A stretch of DNA of 46,885 nucleotides from an uncultured bacterium (GCA_964619725.1 CAZUFC010000065.1:1-46885), one strand, 5' to 3'. Numbered from the stretch's first letter, positions 18,582-28,360 are shown. The notes: generated by a model from the sequence alone, not told the origin. Program-made: numbers and translations.

Positions 18582-18649
18582 TTTTTATTCTCCGTAAGTC
18601 TGTTCTTTTCATGAACATTGCGTCGACTAAAAAAAGTCTGCAACAACGA

Positions 18650-18679
18650 AGTTTATCATTTCGAAAGATAAATTGTCAA
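18650..18679 (-). promoter_or_regulatory. Putative sigma70 promoter for the ffh-rpsP operon
   Basis: Minus strand TTGACA-N18-TAAACT with an extended -10 TG, about 70 nt upstream of ffh. Confidence 0.55.
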
Positions 18680-18720
18680 GCTTCATTGCGGCGAAACCAC
18701 GGTATCGGCAAAGTAATTAG

Positions 18721-18860
18721 CATTTTTTGGGACTGATCAAGCCGGGAATTCTTTCAAAACTTTTGACAATTTGTGTCGACATCGCAATCGGGATCGGAGT
18801 CGGGATCGGATTCGCAATCGGTATCGGTATCGGGGTCGCAATCGCAATCACAATCGAAAA
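18721..18860 (-). mobile_element. MITE-like dispersed repeat, copy B (right end plus 14 hexamers)
   Basis: Reverse complement reads (CGATNN)14-AAATTGTCAAAAGTTTTGAAAGAATTCCCGGCTTGATCAGTCCC, matching the right ends of copies C and D. Confidence 0.72.
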
Positions 18861-19039
18861 ACAATTACGAGTTTCATTGCATGCAGCTTAACAGCCGACT
18901 TCAATTTCAGAGTAAACCTTCAGGAAACCCACTAACAACCTGATTAAACATTAAAAACTAATCGATGCGAATTATGGAAGAATCCGTAGAAGGTATTCAT
19001 TTAAAAATTATTAGGCCGCTTGAAGGATTTGTTCTTCGT

Positions 19040-19096
19040 TAGTGACTGTCCAGCATTAAATTTTGAATCGACAATCGAGTTTATGGACAGTCACTA
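19040..19096. repeat. 57-bp palindromic mini-element, copy 2
   Basis: Perfect 13-bp terminal inverted repeat TAGTGACTGTCCA/TGGACAGTCACTA. Identical to 1-54. Confidence 0.9.
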
Positions 19097-19200
19097 GTTA
19101 GTTTCCATATAGTTTTTTTTGTCGGCGGTTTCTGTTACAAACAGAGTAAAGCCGAGGAGCATCGATAACTCACTCAAAGTAAAAAATTTATAATAATTTT

Positions 19201-19391
19201 GGCATTGAACAAAAATGCTTCTTTCAAGGTTACAATCTGACAGAATCACCCATCATTTTGTTTCTATTTCGATTGCGATACCGATCCCGACCCCGATCCC
19301 GATCCCGACTTCGATGCCGGTCCTGACCCCGATTACTGAAGCAAACTGTCAAAAGTTTTGAAAGAAGTTTTGCCACGATTGATCAGCGCCC
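19201..19391 (+). mobile_element. MITE-like dispersed repeat, copy C (~11-12 hexamers)
   Basis: GGCATTGAACAAAAATGC...AAGGTTACAAT...CCCATCATTTT...(CGATNN)n...CAAACTGTCAAAAGTTTTGAAAGAAG...TTGATCAGCGCCC. Ends are imperfectly inverted. Confidence 0.75.
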
Positions 19392-19450
19392 TTTTTCGTT
19401 ATAATTTACATGTCAGATCACATGATTGATTTTTTAAGGCAGTTTTGCGG

Positions 19451-19478
19451 TTGACATCCGTTTCGGTTGCGCTAGAAT
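19451..19478 (+). promoter_or_regulatory. Putative sigma70 promoter for thrC
   Basis: TTGACA-N16-TAGAAT about 90 nt upstream of thrC. Confidence 0.55.
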
Positions 19479-19570
19479 TTTCAAGGAAGGGAAAATGAAG
19501 AGACGACGCAACTGGAAATCATCTTTTTTCAGAGTAAAGATATTTCAAACATAATCGAAGGAGACGGCAA

Positions 19571-20926
19571 ATGAGCGCCATAAAGTATTACAGCACGAAT
19601 CACGGCAGCGAAAAGGCGACGTTGAAGGATGCCCTGCTTATCGGGCAGGCGCCTGACAGGGGGCTTTATATGCCCGAGAGATACGCGGAGATACCGCTGG
19701 AGGAGATAGAAACTTACAGGGATAAGGAATATCATGAAATAGCGTTTGAGATTTTGAAGCGTTATACGGATGGAGTGATGGAGGAGACTGTTTTAAAGGA
19801 TTTATGTATTGATGCTTATGATTATGATGTGCCTTTGGAGAATGCTGCGGAACGCCGTCATGTGATGCGTCTGGATCGTGGACCCACCTGTTCGTTTAAG
19901 GATTTCGCGGCCAGGATGATGGCTAGATTAATGAGCAAATTCCTGGAAAAGGAATCGGGCGAATTGCTGATTTTGACTGCGACTTCCGGGGATACGGGCA
20001 GCGCTGTGGCGAGTGCATTTCATAATGTGCCGCGCATCAAGATACTGGTTTTATTTCCGATAAAAGAGGTTTCGGACCGGCAGCGTAAGCAGATGACGAC
20101 ATTGGGAGGAAACGTCCGGACCGTAGGAGTGGATGGGAAATTCGACGATTGTCAGGCTATGGTTAAGCGGGCTTTTGCGGACCCGGAGCTGCAGGGGCTG
20201 CGGTTGAGTTCGGCCAATTCGATCAATATCGGACGCCTTCTGCCGCAATCCGTTTATTATTTTTATGCATTTTCCAGGCTTTGCACTCCGAATGAAAAGA
20301 TAGTCTTTTCGGTTCCTTCAGGCAATTTCGGAGACATGATGGGGTGCATTTTCGCCTGGAGAATGGGATTGCCTATAGAGCGTCTGGTTGTGGCGACGAA
20401 CGAGAACGACGAAGTTCCCCGGTATTTTGAAACCGGCCTTTACGAAAAGATCGTTCCTTCGCGCGTTTGCATTTCAAATGCGATGAACGTGGGGCATCCT
20501 TCCAATTTTGCCCGTCTGATAGCCGCTTATGACGGTATAATGGATGAAACGGGCGTCATGAAGAAGCCGGCTGATCTTGAGCGGATCAGGCGGGACATGT
20601 GGGCGGTTTCCATAAATGAGGAGGAAACGCGGGAGACGATAAAGAGCGCTTGGAAGCGATATAAATTGTTGCTGGAACCTCACGGGGCCGTAGGATGGGC
20701 TGGATTGAACCGCTATCTGGAGGAGGAGAATCCGAACTGGAAGGGCGCTTCAGCAAGTCTGGAAACCGCGCATCCCGCCAAGTTTCCTGAAGAGATCGTT
20801 AAACTTCTTGGTTTTGAACCGGAAGCGCCGCCGCCTTTAGAGCGACTGGCGCAACTCGAAGAGCAATATGACCGGATGTCGATTGATTACGAAAATTTCA
20901 AGGAATTTCTACTGAAGGAGTATTAA
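19571..20926 (+). CDS. thrC: Threonine synthase
   Basis: GQAPDRGLYMP, GPTCSFKDFAA (PLP lysine), ATSGDTG, SANSINIGR, VPSGNFG, ETAHPAKF. AGGAG RBS. Confidence 0.95.
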   Translation: MSAIKYYSTNHGSEKATLKDALLIGQAPDRGLYMPERYAEIPLEEIETYRDKEYHEIAFEILKRYTDGVMEETVLKDLCIDAYDYDVPLENAAERRHVMRLDRGPTCSFKDFAARMMARLMSKFLEKESGELLILTATSGDTGSAVASAFHNVPRIKILVLFPIKEVSDRQRKQMTTLGGNVRTVGVDGKFDDCQAMVKRAFADPELQGLRLSSANSINIGRLLPQSVYYFYAFSRLCTPNEKIVFSVPSGNFGDMMGCIFAWRMGLPIERLVVATNENDEVPRYFETGLYEKIVPSRVCISNAMNVGHPSNFARLIAAYDGIMDETGVMKKPADLERIRRDMWAVSINEEETRETIKSAWKRYKLLLEPHGAVGWAGLNRYLEEENPNWKGASASLETAHPAKFPEEIVKLLGFEPEAPPPLERLAQLEEQYDRMSIDYENFKEFLLKEY

Positions 20927-20979
20927 GGTCGAATTAATTCTGCAATTCAGGACTGGAGTATAAAAAGGAGGCCGAATAA

Positions 20980-22188
20980 ATGAAGTATGTAATTGTTTTG
21001 GGCGATGGAATGGCCGATTATCCTGTGGAGCGCCTGGGCGGAAAGACGCCTCTTATGGCGGCTGATGCGCCCACCATTAAAAGCCTGGCTCCATTGGGGC
21101 GACAGGGATTATTTCATACGATTCCTGACGACATGCCGACGGGAAGCGCTGTGGCCAATTTGAGCGTGCTGGGTTATGATTCGCATGCATGTTATCAGGG
21201 CAGAGGCGTGCTTGAGGCCGCCAGCATGGGCGTCGATTTGTCTGAAACCCAGGTCGCCATGCGATGCAACCTTATCTGCATCAGCGCCGGCAAAATAAAA
21301 AATCATTCCGCGGGTCATATTACCGATGAAGAGGCAGCGATACTGATTGGCGATTTGAATCAGAAGCTGGGCGATGCCGATACCGCCTTTTTTCCGGGCG
21401 TCAGTTATCGGCACCTCCTGGTCATGGACGGTGCGAATCCGGAATTAACATGTTATCCGCCGCACGATCATGTCGGAGAGAAGGTGGAAGATTTAAAGGT
21501 AAAAGCGAATTCTGAGGAAGCCCGGATTACTGCTGACCGGTTGAACCTGTTGACTGAAAATTCGTGGAAAATACTGGAAAATCATCCGATCAATGAGACG
21601 AGAAAATCAAACGGAAAGGACCCGGCCAATTCCGTATGGTTCTGGTCTCCGGGAAGAAAACCGGCCATGAAGACCCTGCAGGACAGGTACGGCATCAGCG
21701 GAGCCGTTATTTCAGCCGTAGACCTGGTTAAAGGCCTGGGGGTTTATGCGGGTATGACCGTCATCGAAGTTCCCGGCGCCACAGGTTTATATACGACGAA
21801 TTATGAAGGCAAGGCTGAAGCCGCTGTCGAAGCTTTAAAAGAGCATGATCTGGTTTACGTGCACGTGGAAGCGAGCGATGAAGCGGGACATGAAATGAAC
21901 CTGGAACTCAAAATTAAAACCATTGAATATCTGGATAAACGACTGATAAGAATTATATGGGATCAATTAAAAGACAAAAATATTGAAGCCGTAATAGCTG
22001 TTCTTCCCGATCATCCAACGCCTGTCGCTCATGGAAAACACGTCCGCGATCCGGTACCCGTTCTCATAGTCGATCCCCGTCAATCCGGCGACAATTTGCC
22101 CAAATACGACGAGGAATCCGCGAAGTCAGGCTCACTCGGAACGCTGCACGGCGCTGATTTCATTGAAGCTGTGCTGGGAAAAAGATAA
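20980..22188 (+). CDS. Cofactor-independent phosphoglycerate mutase family (ApgM / proposed homoserine kinase subfamily)
   Basis: LGDGMAD, GKTPL, GSAVANLSVLGY, GRGVLEAASMG, HVEASDEAGH, LPDHPTP, HVRDPVP. Directly downstream of thrC. Confidence 0.88.
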   Translation: MKYVIVLGDGMADYPVERLGGKTPLMAADAPTIKSLAPLGRQGLFHTIPDDMPTGSAVANLSVLGYDSHACYQGRGVLEAASMGVDLSETQVAMRCNLICISAGKIKNHSAGHITDEEAAILIGDLNQKLGDADTAFFPGVSYRHLLVMDGANPELTCYPPHDHVGEKVEDLKVKANSEEARITADRLNLLTENSWKILENHPINETRKSNGKDPANSVWFWSPGRKPAMKTLQDRYGISGAVISAVDLVKGLGVYAGMTVIEVPGATGLYTTNYEGKAEAAVEALKEHDLVYVHVEASDEAGHEMNLELKIKTIEYLDKRLIRIIWDQLKDKNIEAVIAVLPDHPTPVAHGKHVRDPVPVLIVDPRQSGDNLPKYDEESAKSGSLGTLHGADFIEAVLGKR

Positions 22189-22463
22189 TTTGTGAACCCA
22201 GGGCTCCTGACATTAGTTAACAAGCAATTGTAATGGATTGAGGAATTTCTGAGGAAAAAGTTCTTCCGCTTGCAGAGTGATTTAGAGGGGCTGGAGATTC
22301 CAAATTATTAAAGCCGACATGTCTTGCAAATAAAACTAATAAATTCAATTGCTTATGTCACTCTTGTCAAGAATTCGGAACGATCAGGTTCAAACTTTAA
22401 TGCGGGCTCATCGATCGAGTATCCTGCATCCATAATGAAGATTAATTCTCGACAGGCGCCGGC

Positions 22464-24137
22464 ATGCTTCGGAGCAAGAGCGTCATGAAACGCCGCTTTA
22501 TTCCCCTCATTGTTTTTCTTTCATTGGCGCTCACAGGAGCTGTCTGTTATTTCCCAGTTATCGACGGTCCCTTTATTTTCGATGATAATCTGCTGGTCGA
22601 ACACAATCAGTTTATACGCTCCTTCGAATATCTGCCCAAAGTTTTCAGAACAAGCTCAACCGGCGGAGCCTCGCTTGGCGGGAGTAATTTCTACAGGCCC
22701 TTTCAGCCCGTCATATACATGATCATTTACCATTATTTCGGGATGCAACCAGCTCCGTTTCACTTGGTTTCAATCCTGTTCCATATAATTAACGCTTTTC
22801 TCGTTTTTCTGTTGCTCGGTAAAAAACTGCTTTCCCGAACCGGAGCCCTGATTGCCTCCGTTATTTTCCTGGTGCATCCCGTACAGGCGGAAGCCGTAGG
22901 TTATATATCGGGGATCGCCGATCCCATGGGGCTGATGTTTCTTCTGGCCGGCCTGATCTCGTTTCAATCGATTTTCATCGTCAGAAGGCAAAAAAGAAAC
23001 AAAGATGTACTTTTATTCATGTTAAGCCTTCTCTTTTTTATTTCCGCGCTGATGTCGAAAGAGTCGACTATCGTTTTTTTCCCGCTCAGCGCATTGATCG
23101 CTTTTTTTCATTGGAAAGAGCTGGACAAGCAGGACAAAAAACCTGCTGCAGCGTTTCTGTTTGTCCTTTTTTGCGTCGCGCTTACTTATCTCTACCTCAA
23201 ATTCAAGGTTTTCACTTTTACCGGCGTCATCAGCCTGACGGATCGAAAAAACATCTATACCGAAAACCTCCACATAAGGATTATAACCTTCATATCCGTG
23301 CTGTGGGAATACTTCAAGATGCTCACGATGCCGATTCATCTTTATCTGGAAAGACCCTACACGGCCTTCGCCGACCTCTCTTCTTTCCAGGGCTTCTTCG
23401 GATTGCTCGTGATAGGCTTGGCTTTCATCGCCGCTTTGCGCTCGCTGAAAACCAATCGTATCGTTTTTTTCGGCGTAGCCTGGTTCTTCATGGCCATCGC
23501 ACCCCTCAGCGGAATAGTCCCTCTAAACGCCATGTACCTCGAACACTGGTTGTACGTTCCCATCATAGGAATCGCAATCCTGATTGGTTACTGGCATGAC
23601 AGGATCAGAAACCGGACCGCCGAACGCCTGTTTTTTATCCTCCTGGGCATTGCGATTTTAGGATTTATCGTTCGCACAATGCTTCGCAACGAAGAATGGT
23701 CCGATCCCGTCAAGTTCTATCAGAATGAAATCAGTTACAACCCCAACTCCGCCAGACTCTACAACAATCTCGCCATGACCTACGCTGATGAAGGCCGATT
23801 GGACAAAGCCATAAAAAACTATAAAAAAGCCATCGCTGTCTGGGATGTGAATCCCGAATCGCACCATAATCTTGCCAATGCCTACTGGGAACAGGGCAAG
23901 CTGGAAATGGCCGAGGAAGAGTATTTCCGGGCGCTTGAACTGGACCCGAATTTTATTTACAGCCACCTCAAACTATACAAATTATATTATGAAAAGGGCG
24001 ATTACGTGCGAGCGGAAGCTTTTATCAAATTTACGGAAAGCATTCAAAACGGAAACCCTATATCATTCGATCAGATAGAGCGGGTTAAAAAGTTAAACGG
24101 CCGGGAAAGGGAGAAATCGCCTGAAATGACGGGATAA
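22464..24137 (+). CDS. TMTC-like GT-C membrane glycosyltransferase with C-terminal TPRs
   Basis: FIFDD, YRPF, FH.VSILFH..N, FLVHPVQAEAV.YISG, SKES, EHWLYVP, RN.EW.D, followed by about 3 TPRs. Alternative start 22485. Confidence 0.82.
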   Translation: MLRSKSVMKRRFIPLIVFLSLALTGAVCYFPVIDGPFIFDDNLLVEHNQFIRSFEYLPKVFRTSSTGGASLGGSNFYRPFQPVIYMIIYHYFGMQPAPFHLVSILFHIINAFLVFLLLGKKLLSRTGALIASVIFLVHPVQAEAVGYISGIADPMGLMFLLAGLISFQSIFIVRRQKRNKDVLLFMLSLLFFISALMSKESTIVFFPLSALIAFFHWKELDKQDKKPAAAFLFVLFCVALTYLYLKFKVFTFTGVISLTDRKNIYTENLHIRIITFISVLWEYFKMLTMPIHLYLERPYTAFADLSSFQGFFGLLVIGLAFIAALRSLKTNRIVFFGVAWFFMAIAPLSGIVPLNAMYLEHWLYVPIIGIAILIGYWHDRIRNRTAERLFFILLGIAILGFIVRTMLRNEEWSDPVKFYQNEISYNPNSARLYNNLAMTYADEGRLDKAIKNYKKAIAVWDVNPESHHNLANAYWEQGKLEMAEEEYFRALELDPNFIYSHLKLYKLYYEKGDYVRAEAFIKFTESIQNGNPISFDQIERVKKLNGREREKSPEMTG

Positions 24138-24183
24138 CGGGAAAAATTTTGTATGAAAAAACATTAAAAAGGAGAAGACGATT

Positions 24184-25296
24184 ATGGAGGAGAAATTACC
24201 GTTCCGGGACCATCGTTACCAGAAAAATTCAGTATCGCTGGACGTTTTGATGAAGAATCTGAACCGGGATTACGATTTAAAAATATCCGTAGGCATATGG
24301 TATTTCAGTCCGGGCGGCGGGCGTTTTCATGACCGCTACGTGCCGGAGATGTCGATTGAAGAGCGGATAGAAAAAGCGGCGGAAATGGCCGACCTGGGCG
24401 TTAGGGGCATCGAAGCGCATTATCCTGCGGAAATCAATGAGGATAATGTGAAGCTGTATGAGGAGCTGGAGAGGTCTGCGGGGATAAAAACCGTGGTGAT
24501 ACCTTTTTCACATTTTTTTGAGAAGCATTTTGAGTTCGGTTCGTTGTCGAACCCGGACAAGGAAATAAGGAGAAAAGCGATAGAGACGGCGAAACGCGGT
24601 TTGCGCATGGTGAAAAGAATGGGAGCGGAGTGTGCGGTGTCCTGGCCGGGGAACGACGGTTACCTGTATTTGCACGGACGCCCGTATGCCTATTTCTGGA
24701 ACCTGTTCGAGGAATCGATGGCGGAAGCGATGGACTCTGTGCCGGGCGTTCGCGTCGCCATTGAACCGAAACCATACGAACCCGCGGCCAATAATATTTA
24801 CAGAACGACTGCAGAGGCCGTTCTGGCGGCTCAGCGTATCGAAAAGAAAATGAAAAATGAAAAGAACCTTTCGTTGTTAAAAAAAGGTCATTTCCTGGCC
24901 GGACTTAATCCCGAAGTGGGACATGTCAAAATGGGCTTTGAAATGCTGCCGGCCGCTTATTCCATGACCGTAATGGAAGGCAGGTTGTTTCACACTCACT
25001 GGAACAGCCAGCCCGACGGAAATTATGACCAGGACAACAACGTAGGAGTCGTGAACCCTCATGAAGCCGAAGCCCTGCTATATTCTCTGTGGGCCGTGGG
25101 ATACGACGGCTGGTTCGGCATCGACATCAACCCCGAACACATGCCCGTCAAAAAGGCCGTCGAATTGAACGTCAAAGCATTGCATAAAATGAAAGAAAGA
25201 ATTGCCCGGCTGCCCCATGAAAAAATCCTGGATTGCCACCTGAATCCTGCAGACAACAGGGGAACGTTGGAAGATATATTGCTTGAGAATTTGTGA
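24184..25296 (+). CDS. Xylose/L-rhamnose isomerase-family TIM-barrel sugar isomerase
   Basis: WPGNDG, EPKPYEP, NPEVGH, H.N...YDQD and DINP metal-binding motifs. AGGAG RBS. Confidence 0.82.
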   Translation: MEEKLPFRDHRYQKNSVSLDVLMKNLNRDYDLKISVGIWYFSPGGGRFHDRYVPEMSIEERIEKAAEMADLGVRGIEAHYPAEINEDNVKLYEELERSAGIKTVVIPFSHFFEKHFEFGSLSNPDKEIRRKAIETAKRGLRMVKRMGAECAVSWPGNDGYLYLHGRPYAYFWNLFEESMAEAMDSVPGVRVAIEPKPYEPAANNIYRTTAEAVLAAQRIEKKMKNEKNLSLLKKGHFLAGLNPEVGHVKMGFEMLPAAYSMTVMEGRLFHTHWNSQPDGNYDQDNNVGVVNPHEAEALLYSLWAVGYDGWFGIDINPEHMPVKKAVELNVKALHKMKERIARLPHEKILDCHLNPADNRGTLEDILLENL

Positions 25297-25451
25297 GCAA
25301 TTACGCCTGATTTGAAGTATGATGTAGAAGCCCTTCGAAAAAATCCGACGGCTGCGGCGCTGTCGATGTTGTTAGTGAGATTTTTAGCGTCTGGATATTC
25401 ACTTTTCGGGAGATACTTGATTTTTTTGGGTGATTGATCAAATGGGAGTAA

Positions 25452-25616
25452 CATTTTTTCGGGACTCATCAAACCGGGGTTACACTTTTTTTAAGACTTT
25501 TGACAGTTTGTTTCAGTAAATCGGGGTCGGTATCGGGATCGAAATCGAAAGCGAAATAAAATGATGGGATATTCCGAAAAATTGTAACCTTAATAGACGC
25601 ATTTTTGATTAATGCC
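25452..25616 (-). mobile_element. MITE-like dispersed repeat, copy D (6 hexamers)
   Basis: Reverse complement GGCATTAATCAAAAATGC...AAGGTTACAAT...AATATCCCATCATTTTATTT(CGNNNN)6...CAAACTGTCAAAAG...AACCCCGGTTTGATGAGTCCC. Confidence 0.75.
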
Positions 25617-25869
25617 ATTTTTTCAAACTGTTTGTCTGTTTGAAATTCCCCCAACAAACTCACATTTCAACACACTTGACGCAAGCATTAAGTCGGGATC
25701 ATTCTCTATATTGAATGTCCGATTGCGATACCGACCCCAATACCGAAAATTCAGCTTGCGAATTATAAATTGAAAAAAACTCAAAAAAGAATAAATGTTG
25801 CAAAGTCCACCCGCTTGTAGGAATAAGTAATATGATCATGGCAAGGCGCTCCAGATTAAAAATCTTCAT

Positions 25870-26673
25870 TCATTCAGATAGACGTTTACGATAGGCTGAA
25901 AGGTCATCCGGGGTAAGGTCATCAGGATTAACCAATTTATAATGTTTTTCGGATGCTATTGCTGTCCTTTCATTCGTCGCTTCAAATTCAAACATGGCAA
26001 TGACGTCATCCTTCATGAATTGAGCTGCAATGGATCGACATATTAGTGATTTAAACTTGTGCCCACAGAGCGCCATATCCTGTTCAATCTGGATTATGCT
26101 GAGTTTATCCTTGCCTCCTTTTGCCTGGACTGGAATGATGTAGTGATTTCCTCTCTTATCTATTCCGACGTAAATTTCGTCAGTTTCAACCTGGCCAATA
26201 CCGGGTATTGCAGTAAGGAGATGATTCTGAAGCGAATAGCATGTGACTCCCGTAAAAATGTCGATTAGTCTGTTGTAACGTAGTTTTGCCAGGAGAGCTT
26301 GTTCATCGGAAAGGGCATATTTGGCGATTATTCCAGGGGTGGCGTCGGGTACCTTCGTAATAGTCATGTTTTTATTGGGCTCAATTGGAATATCAGGGAC
26401 CTGAACAAACCTGTATTTAGCAATTCCTGCCGGTCGTATTATCCAGATGTGTCCCTTTTGAGCAGTACTGTTAATACTCTGCGGCAAAGGCTTGCGGTAT
26501 CGAAAGCTGTAAACCAGATCACCCAGGTTTTTCGGTATAGGAATTTTTAGTTTATCCGCTGCCTCTTTTAATTCGTCTCGTTCAAATTCAATTTTACGAA
26601 TGCCTTTTTTGTATTTTGAATGGAATATTTTCTTAATAATTAATTCATATGCACTCTGTTTGCTCATTTTCAA
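25870..26673 (-). CDS. Putative PD-(D/E)XK restriction endonuclease
   Basis: DEQALL...QVETDEIYVG...IIPVQAK resembles a D-x(n)-QxK nuclease site. Lies 15 nt downstream of a DNA methyltransferase. AT-richer than its neighbours. Start is 26673 or 26667. Confidence 0.65.
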   Translation of the reverse strand: MKMSKQSAYELIIKKIFHSKYKKGIRKIEFERDELKEAADKLKIPIPKNLGDLVYSFRYRKPLPQSINSTAQKGHIWIIRPAGIAKYRFVQVPDIPIEPNKNMTITKVPDATPGIIAKYALSDEQALLAKLRYNRLIDIFTGVTCYSLQNHLLTAIPGIGQVETDEIYVGIDKRGNHYIIPVQAKGGKDKLSIIQIEQDMALCGHKFKSLICRSIAAQFMKDDVIAMFEFEATNERTAIASEKHYKLVNPDDLTPDDLSAYRKRLSE

Positions 26674-26688
26674 GAATCCCTCGTTTGA

Positions 26689-28020
26689 TTAATTACCAGG
26701 CCATCTAAGGAGCAGGACTTCTTCTCGAAGTTGCTTTTTTGTGGCGGTTGCAGCTCTGGTACGAAACAGGTCAATACCCTCAACTTCGTAACCCAATGAC
26801 TTCGAAATACCACCCAGTATTTTCCCTGTTCGTATCAAAACCCTTAAATACGAAGCCTGATCGCCTACAACGTAAGCCAGGCGAGCATTCGGCTTCAATA
26901 TGGTTCTCAGGTCTGCCAGGTGTCGCAGCATGCCCCCGAAGTATAATTTCGTGACTCTTGGATAAAGCCGTTCAAACCCTGACGTTTTATTCAGTTCAAT
27001 CCTTCTTTTTTCAATTTCATCGGCAATTGTTTTTATTTCAGGATTTTCTTCAATTAAACTGTCATCCCGGTCGTTTTTATAAACGCCGCGTGTATTCGAG
27101 CGAACCAGAAGCTTTTTTAGATCGCGTAATTCTTTTTTACTTGTAATAAATCCCAGCAAAACGGACTCCAATCTTGTCGTCCGTGTGTAATCCTTTTCGT
27201 TAGGATATGGGGGAGAAGTGATGACGGCATCAATGGAGTTCGGTTCCAATACTTCACTGATCCGGCGGGAGTCGCCCTGATGCACCTCCGCTGCTACACA
27301 GTCTCGCCATTGCCAGTTTCGTATATCTTCAGCCATTGTTCTGACATATTTCAACCAAATGCTTATGACTGATGCGTTTGTCTTAATTTTCCCAACGCCT
27401 ACCTCAGGTCCGAATCTTAAATTGCTTATACCGTTCACGAGTCCCTTTGCTAGGGCAAGCTTCTCATGGTTCACGAATTTGCTGTTTTCATATTCGCTTA
27501 AAAGCTCGATCAATAATAGGACTTTATTCAAAGGTAAAGGACTAATTGAGTTTTTGATCAACAACTTTTGCGTTTTATCTGGAAGACTCCGAAGTCTATC
27601 GGCGCCCGCATTTGGGAATTCTGTGCTAAATAATGGTAAATCCTCAACATCACCCTCTCCTGAACCTTCCTCTTTCAGTTTTCTATAAGCGATATCGGCA
27701 ATTTTCTGAGCATGTTCCATCAGTCCGTCAGGATCAATCTTCCAATTGACCTTAGTTCTACCGGCGAAACATGCTATAGGGTTAGATTCAATCCCAACGC
27801 CCGGAATATTTCGTTTTTTACATTCAACTATTGTGGTGCCGGTTCCGCAGAAGGGGTCCAAAACTCGATGTTTTTCATTAATTCCAAAGCGTTTTAAATA
27901 GTCACGAACCAAATGAGGGGGAAACGATAAGACAAAGCGATACCATTCATGAATGGCGTAGTCCTTTGCAAGAATTTTATTATTCTTTGAAGATTTTATT
28001 TGCTCCTTGATGGTTTCCAT
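26689..28020 (-). CDS. Site-specific DNA methyltransferase, probably N4-cytosine, alpha motif order
   Basis: Motif I VLDPFCGTGTT is N-terminal and motif IV ITSPPY is C-terminal. YVVGD is also present. Confidence 0.88.
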   Translation of the reverse strand: METIKEQIKSSKNNKILAKDYAIHEWYRFVLSFPPHLVRDYLKRFGINEKHRVLDPFCGTGTTIVECKKRNIPGVGIESNPIACFAGRTKVNWKIDPDGLMEHAQKIADIAYRKLKEEGSGEGDVEDLPLFSTEFPNAGADRLRSLPDKTQKLLIKNSISPLPLNKVLLLIELLSEYENSKFVNHEKLALAKGLVNGISNLRFGPEVGVGKIKTNASVISIWLKYVRTMAEDIRNWQWRDCVAAEVHQGDSRRISEVLEPNSIDAVITSPPYPNEKDYTRTTRLESVLLGFITSKKELRDLKKLLVRSNTRGVYKNDRDDSLIEENPEIKTIADEIEKRRIELNKTSGFERLYPRVTKLYFGGMLRHLADLRTILKPNARLAYVVGDQASYLRVLIRTGKILGGISKSLGYEVEGIDLFRTRAATATKKQLREEVLLLRWPGN

Positions 28021-28304
28021 TGTCCTTTCACTTCTCTTTCTTCATTTCGCTTTTTTCATAACGTCTATCAATTTATCGGTTGAAAGTCCCCATTTGTTTC
28101 TCGCCTTTAAATTTTAATTTTTCAAATTATGCTTCGGGATGATGCGATTTTCAGGATTTTCAGTTTTCATAGAAAATTTTTGCTGCTCTGCAATAGATTA
28201 TTTTTTCTCGTGACGACATAAACGCCTTTTACTCAAAGTTATTTTATTACATTGGAGGATTCTTTTCCAATCTTATTGATGTAATCAATCCCTTCAAGCC
28301 TTGC

Positions 28305-28360
28305 ATAATTTTCAGTCAATGATCAAAAATGCACATTTAACGGTCACGATCATAGCGCCC
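28305..28360 (+). repeat. Truncated copy E of the MITE-like family (no hexamer array)
   Basis: ATAATTTTCAGTCAATGATCAAAAATGC...GGTCACGAT resembles ATAATTTTGGCATTGAACAAAAATGC...GGTTACAAT of copy C. Ends GATCATAGCGCCC versus GATCAGCGCCC. Confidence 0.45.

Noticed and set aside
18773..18856. Regular repeats considered as a CRISPR array
   Set aside because: Units are 6 nt with no unique spacers, and no cas genes are present.
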